From Rhizodiscina lignyota (taxonomy: Eukaryota): DNA of 64,000 bases. Where the stretch lies: contig ML978121.1 of assembly GCA_010015805.1 (NCBI GenBank), positions 2,790,001 to 2,854,000 of the forward strand, read 5' to 3'. A program made the position numbers and the translations under genes. Below are positions 58,090 through 64,000 of this stretch, in pieces. The notes under the pieces are model-generated. The model did no database searches. It worked only from the letters and a program-made list of their open reading frames with translations, and was not told where the DNA came from. The number at the start of each line of letters is the position of its first letter. The stretch's first letter is position 1.

Positions 58090-61000
58090 ATGGCTGAGGA
58101 GATTGCGATCGATAAGCAGCTCTTTCACGATCGACTTTCGTCATTTCAGTCGCAGTGGAAGGCCGATAAGCGCGCAGGCGACGCGTTATTCAACGGTGCC
58201 GGATCGATCGTGGTGTGTGTTGGCAAGGCAAATGAAGGTCACTACACAAAGAGCGCTGCTTTGCAGGTATGAGACTGCGAAAATCAAGGACATCTTGCAT
58301 CGTGCTGACTTTTGCGTGAAGCTCTGGCTACTAGGCTATGAATTTCCCTCCACACTCTTCGTTCTATCGCCCGAGGCTATTCACATCGTGACGACAAAGA
58401 AGAAAGGTCGGCATTCACACGCTGGGAGTAGATCGGGAGGCTGACTTTTGGTTGACAGCGGCATATTTGGAGCCTCTCAAAGGTGGCAAGGTCCCTGTGG
58501 AGATATACGTCCGCGGCAAAGATGCAGAGCAAAATGCCAAGCAATTTGAGACTTGCGTCGAAGTCATCAAGGCAGGAGGCGTAGGGACACACGTTCTGCC
58601 AGAGAGATTCCCAATGCTAACAATACGAATAGAAGCACGTCGGAACCTTACCGAAGGACGAGGCCAGCGGCCCCTTCGTCGACGATTGGAAGACGGCTTT
58701 CGAAGCTATCTCAAAAGAGGTCGAGGAAGTGAACATATCCAGCGCGCTCTCAAATGCCGCTTTGTCAGTCAAGGATGAACCTGAATTGCGCGCCATTCGC
58801 GATGCATCGAAAGCATCTGCCATTGTCATGCAGAAGTATTTCGTTGAGGAGATGTCTGAAATTGTGGACGCAGAGAAGAAGATCACTCACAAGGCCCTGG
58901 CACAAAAGGTCAACGACAAGCTTGATGACACCAAGTTCTTCCAGAAGAACAAGATTTCCAGCAGTTTCGACCCCGTCCATCTGGACTGGGATTTCCTGCC
59001 TACGGTGCAAAGCGGCGGCAACTACGATCTGAAATTTGTGAAGGATCCCGATGATCACAATCTCCATGCAGGCATCATCGTCTCAGCGCTTGGTTTGCGC
59101 TACAAGTCCTACTCATCCTTGGTCGCGCGAACATATCTGGTCGACCCTACTAAGGCTCAAGAAAGTGCCTACAAGCTCCTACTCCAAGTCCATCTCGAAG
59201 TTGTCAAGGCTCTCCGTCCCGGTGCTGTGGCAAAGGACATCTATCAAAAGGCCATTGCAGCTGTAAAGGCTAAGAAGCCTGACCTAGAGTCTCACTTCGT
59301 CAAAAACGTCGGCATCGGTATCGGCATTGAGTCTCAAGACCCAGAGCTGGTTTTGAACGCAAAGAATACTCGCACCCTCAAGGACGGCATGACGCTCGCT
59401 ATCACAGTTGGCTTTTCCAACGTCACAAACCCGAATTCGCAGAATAAGAAGAGTAACACTTATTCCCTGGTGATTTCGGACACTGTTCGTGTAGGCGATG
59501 AGGGAGGTCTAGTGTTCACTAAAGATGCTGCCACAGACCTGGAGACGGTGGCGTTCTTCTTCAATGACGAAGAAGAGGCGCCCGCGCCTAAGAAGGAGAA
59601 GAAGCAGCCAGGCAGGTCAAGTGCTATTGCTCAAAAGAATACGCTGGCAACTCGACTTCGTGGTGAACGCACCACAGTTCAAAACGAAGAGAAGGAGCGA
59701 GCTCGACAAGAGCATCAGAGAGAGCTCCACCAGAAGAAGCAGAAGGAGGGTCTGGAGAAGTATGGCAAGGGCACGGGAAGCTTGAATGGCGTAGAGGAAA
59801 AGAAGTTCAAGCGATTCGACTCGTATAAGCGCGACGATCAATTTCCGACCAAGGTCCGCGAGTTGGTCGTTATTCTGGATCAGCAGGCGCAAAGCGTTGT
59901 CTGTCCCATAATGGGTCGGCCAGTGCCTTTCCATTTGAATACGATTAAGAACGCCAGTACGACGAACGAAGGAGAGTTCACTTCTCTCCGAATCAACTTC
60001 CTTTCTCCTGGCCAAGGTGTCGGTCGCAAGGACGACCAGCCGTTCGAAGACGCTTCTGCTCACTTCATCCGGAGCTTGACTTTCAGATCGAAAGACAAGG
60101 ACCGCATGGAGACTATCAGCAACAAGATCACTGAGATGAAGAAGGAGATCGTTCGGCGCGAGAACGAAAAGAAGCAGCTGGAAGACGTGGTCGAGCAAGA
60201 CAAACTCATTCTTGCCAAAGGTGAATTTTCTCAATTGCGGTACCTTACAGCTACTAACACGTTTCAGGCAATCGTCCACAAATTCTCGATCTTGTTTTCC
60301 TCCGTCCAGGTTTCGATGGAAAGCGTGTGCCCGGCAGAGTCGAAATCCATCAGAACGGTCTGCGCTACGTGCATCATCAGACTAATCAGATGCTCGAGGT
60401 GCCCTTCAGCAATATCAAGCACTTGTTCTTCCAACCTTCCGAGCATGAGCTCATCGTCATCATCCACATCCACCTCATGAACCCGATCATGGTGGGCAAG
60501 AAGAAGTCCAAGGACGTTCAGTTCTACCGCGAGGCAACCGAGATGCAATTCGATGAGACAGGCAACCGCAAGCGTCGCCATCGCTTCAACGACGAGGACG
60601 AGTTCGAGGCTGAGCAAGAAGAGCGCAAGCGACGTATTGCGCTCGATAAGGAGTTCATGCAATTCGCCAAGAGGATCGCCGACGCTGGACGGGAGTATGA
60701 TCTCAAGGTCGACCAGCCATTCCGTGGCATGTCCTTCAACGGCGTGCCGTCAAGGAGCAGCGTCTTGATGCAGCCGACCACCGACTGTATCATCCAGTTG
60801 ACTGAGCCGCCATTCACGGTGCTCACGATGAGCGAGGTGGAAGTCATTCATCTCGAGCGTGTCCAGTTTGGCCTCAAGAACTTCGACATGGTGATCGTGT
60901 TCAAGGACTACAATCGAGCGCCATTCCACATCAACACCATCCCCGTTGAATCCCTCGAGACCGTCAAGGACTGGATTGACTCCATCGAGATCCCTTACTC

Positions 61001-61364
61001 CGAAGGCCCTGTTAATCTCCAGTGGCCGACTATCATGAAGACTGTCACTTCCGATCCCCACCAATTCTACGTAGATGGTGGTTGGAGCTTCTTGGGTGGT
61101 GATGATGATGAATCAGACGAGGAGTCAGAGGAGGAGTCTGCATTTGAGATGAGCGATGAAGAACTCGCAGAGAGCGTGAGCGAGTCTGACGGGGAGAGTG
61201 ACTTTGATGAAAACGCTAGCGAGGAGGCCAGCGAAGCGGACATGAGTGGCGAGGACAGCGACGGTGAAGACTGGGACGAGATGGAGGCAAAGGCCAAGAA
61301 GAAGGATAAGGAGTCTGGACTGGATGATGGTGATGCTGATCGAGGCAAGAAGAGGAAGCGCTAA
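58090..61364 (+). CDS. SPT16: FACT complex subunit Spt16/Cdc68
   Basis: Exons 58090-58266, 58322-58406, 58459-58580, 58633-60220, 60268-61364; LWLLGYEFP, VQSGGNYDLK, GLRYKSY, PIMGRPVPFHLNTIKN, EIHQNGLRY, IHLERVQFGLKNFDMV, acidic tail. Confidence 0.97.
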
Positions 61365-62418
61365 AGCAGATGGTGCTTGGTGTCGTTGAATCCGACACAA
61401 TACCGACCTTTTCAAAGGGCTGAATGCTCTTTGGGCGAAGGTGCTACATACAGTTCAGGGGGGACACTTTCTTCTTCGAGGAGGCAATTTGAGCTTGCTT
61501 CTATGTTGATTAATTCATCTGGCAGAAATCGGAGCAATTTCTGAGGATGACTCGTGCACTGGATCGTTCCGAGACCCTCGGCTGCCAGGCTGGGCTATCG
61601 TCTCTAACAAACTAGGGAATAATAAGGCTGTGCCTTCCTCGAACTATATTTCGCGCAGTTCATCCTGCGTTTCGTTCTACTGTGAAATCTTTTCAAACTC
61701 TTCGATCCATTCTGAAGTGGATTATTTCTGAGGTGGTGGCGCCAATGGCATCGTCATGTCGTCGAAGCTCTACTCATTTGCTACTGAGGATCCGGCTGCG
61801 GCCCGCATCGCAACTGGACTGTTAGCGTCCGATCTTGTATTGCTCTTTATTTTGATATTTAGCTCGGCCATCGCTTGGCTATTCCTTGACCTCTGAGTGG
61901 AGTGTATGGAGATATTGAGGGAACACACTTCCTCGATGTTGAAAGTACAGCTGCACAGTGCTTTCGACACTGTGTCCACTTGATGGCTGGCTGGAAAGTG
62001 TATTCATCGGACTTCTCGGGCACTCGATTGTACTTGTCCCCCAATAACAGTGAAGCTGACTAGCAGTCTACAGCACCATAGATCCACGAATATCCCCGCT
62101 GAGAACGCTAGATTGCTCAGTTCGGTAAGGTTGGCTCGGATTGCAACCTACAAGTCCATACGATACGCTATGAGAAGCCTGAGTGAGTGGATCAATAGTT
62201 ATGCTGTTGTGCTGTGACCAAGACATTCTCCAGACACCAGGATGGTGTGAAGCATATTGGATCCGCGTTCGACAGGAATATCGGGTATATCTTCAACACC
62301 CTCGCTGTTGTTTCGCTAAACACAGCCTTCTGCACCCAAAACTCTTTACTAGCAGCAGACCAGCAACCTATCCTTCCCGGACACTGAATACCTCGATCTT
62401 GAACCGTCCTCCACTGTC

Positions 62419-63006
62419 ATGAAGATCAACAGCTTCGCCATTCTCACCCTCTTCTCTCTAACGTCTTGTGGTGTAGCCCGGCGGGGAAGCAGGGTGAGAG
62501 TCTATGGCTCGTTCCCTTGAAGAGTCAGTCAGGATCCCCAAGTCTTGACAAATGAGTATGCTCGTATCAGGACATCGTTGGTGACTAGAGCTTGGTAGAT
62601 GACAACGATCCTAATGTCCAAAAGTCCCGAGTGACGGCCTTCGCTAACACGGGTGAGGGACTGAAGATCGAATGCTGGGAAATCTTATTGAAGCTCGCGG
62701 CGCGAAGGGTGGTGATGTCGCAGCTTAAGATGAGGACCACGAAACGTATGCCATTACTTCGAGGATAACTCGTCGTCGTCGTCGTCGTCGCAGAAGCGAT
62801 GTGCAAAGCCGACGGTCGAAACCTACTTCAACATGCGAGCCATCAGCGGGTCCGATACCACTCTGACCGCCTTCTCATTCGTCGGCCCGCCAGATCATAC
62901 GGTTTTTCACGAGGATCTATGCAACTTTGCCGGACTGAAGCCAGTCTCTCCATCTAGCCAGCGTGTCGCAGACTCTAGAAAGTTCCGCTTCCAGTCCCAG
63001 GAGTAG
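62419..63006 (+). pseudogene. Decayed small secreted protein gene, resembling the cupin-like family at 47560-48227
   Basis: Signal-peptide-like MKINSFAILTLFSLTSCG; putative intron ending 62570; in-frame TAG at 62586; VTAFANTGEGLKIECWEI; then in another frame SGSDTTLTAFSFVGPPDHTVFHEDLC. Confidence 0.5.
62770..62790 (+). repeat. (TCG)7 microsatellite
   Basis: TCGTCGTCGTCGTCGTCGTCG read directly from the sequence. Confidence 0.9.
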
Positions 63007-63262
63007 CAATTGAGTAGTAACTACGATAAGTCATTGATTCGATCGTCTAAATGGATGATGCTATAGTGGGAAGGTCTGAATTGGACCTTTACCTACACAT
63101 AGGTAGACTGTAGTGTGAGAGTTTAGCCTCGAAACCGACGATTGGTCGGTAGGTGTTTAGAGATAAAAGACGGGATACTTGGATATATTTACATTCCACT
63201 CTGAACGCGATTAAATCACATAATAACAGAACTACTATAATGCCCCATTGTGTCTTTACATT

Positions 63263-64000
63263 TTAATCGTATCTGTTTCTTAAAATATTACTCCCTATTA
63301 TCAATCTCTGTACGGCTTTCCAGGCTTGCAGCAGTCGAACGATGTGGGTGGGCCGTCTCGGGTAGCGCACGGAAAGATACGAGATACCTTCGTTGAACGT
63401 CATGAGGGCGTAAACTCTCAAATCTTTCGTATTTCTCACATGCGACCGCTTGGCTTCATCGTTGATATAGCGCAGAATTAGCTCCTTGGCTTCATCACGA
63501 CAGATAAGGTACTTCAGGATTTTCAACTGTGGATCGGCATCCCTCGAGCGCCGCACTGTACGCGATCGGAAATCCTTTCAATCCGTCGAGGCAGATCTCT
63601 CATCACGAAGTACAGCTGTACATCTGTACAGTACCTCGACCGCTCCTGTATCTTGCTGGACGACATGCCATGGCAGCACATTCGAAATGATTTTCATATA
63701 CGGTCTTGGCTCGGGTTATCATCTTGACGAGATGTCTTGGACTCCGTACCAGGTTGTACGCATCGATGGTGCGCCCCCGAACCAGCAGCGCGGTACTGCC
63801 ACGAAGGGTACACACCCGGTAATCGCATAGGTAATTGCATGTGTCGCCGCTCTGAAATGGAATAAAATAGTCGACAGATCTTGGCACAGATGATTTCCGA
63901 CGGAGAATGGACGGCGAGCTTGACGAGCTGACCTACAGTAGTAAACGCCTCGTGTGGCTTTATCGTGCGAGGCGGTCCCGCATTGCACGATGTCGCCACA
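63263..64000 (-). pseudogene. Possible degenerate gene fragment running off the window
   Basis: One minus frame gives protein-like text (KIISNVLPWHVVQQD..QLKILKYLICRDEAKELILRYINDE..VRLLQAWKAV) interrupted by stops; no family recognised. Confidence 0.3.

Overview
Eukaryotic DNA from a filamentous ascomycete (Pezizomycotina). Evidence: short GT-AG introns mostly 47-63 nt with CTAAC/CTGAC branch sites, roughly balanced GC, and dense fungal gene content. A Chaetothyriales/Eurotiomycetes origin is only a weak guess. The window holds about 22 genes. Conserved ones include a Sac1/Sac2-like phosphoinositide phosphatase, a DENND11/Anr2-like protein, a GT71 mannosyltransferase, an ING/PHD protein, RPS25, a MAPR cytochrome b5 protein, SED5, an acetyl-CoA transporter, a CENP-O/Mcm21 protein, a mitochondrial carrier-like protein and SPT16. 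Accessory genes include a GNAT, a GprK-like GPCR-RGS, an ACC-synthase-like aminotransferase, an MFS transporter, a C2H2 protein, two P450s and a secreted cupin-like protein; there are also several decayed genes. Structure not explained by the ORF track: (1) four copies of a ~240-bp TIR element (MITE) within 9 kb, in two subfamilies, two upstream of accessory genes and two bracketing the MFS gene in inverted orientation; (2) a separate 324-bp TA-flanked MITE upstream of SED5; (3) a triple ~105-110-bp repeat in a 3-kb stretch with no clear gene; (4) two large, tandem, disordered-looking proteins; (5) splice and frameshift oddities: a candidate 31-nt intron, twin 57-nt stop-free introns in the ING gene, a 7-nt micro-exon and a frameshifted P450. 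I found no CRISPR, rRNA or tRNA. All family assignments come from recognising motifs by eye, not from database searches. I cannot show from sequence alone that any of this is a new biological system.
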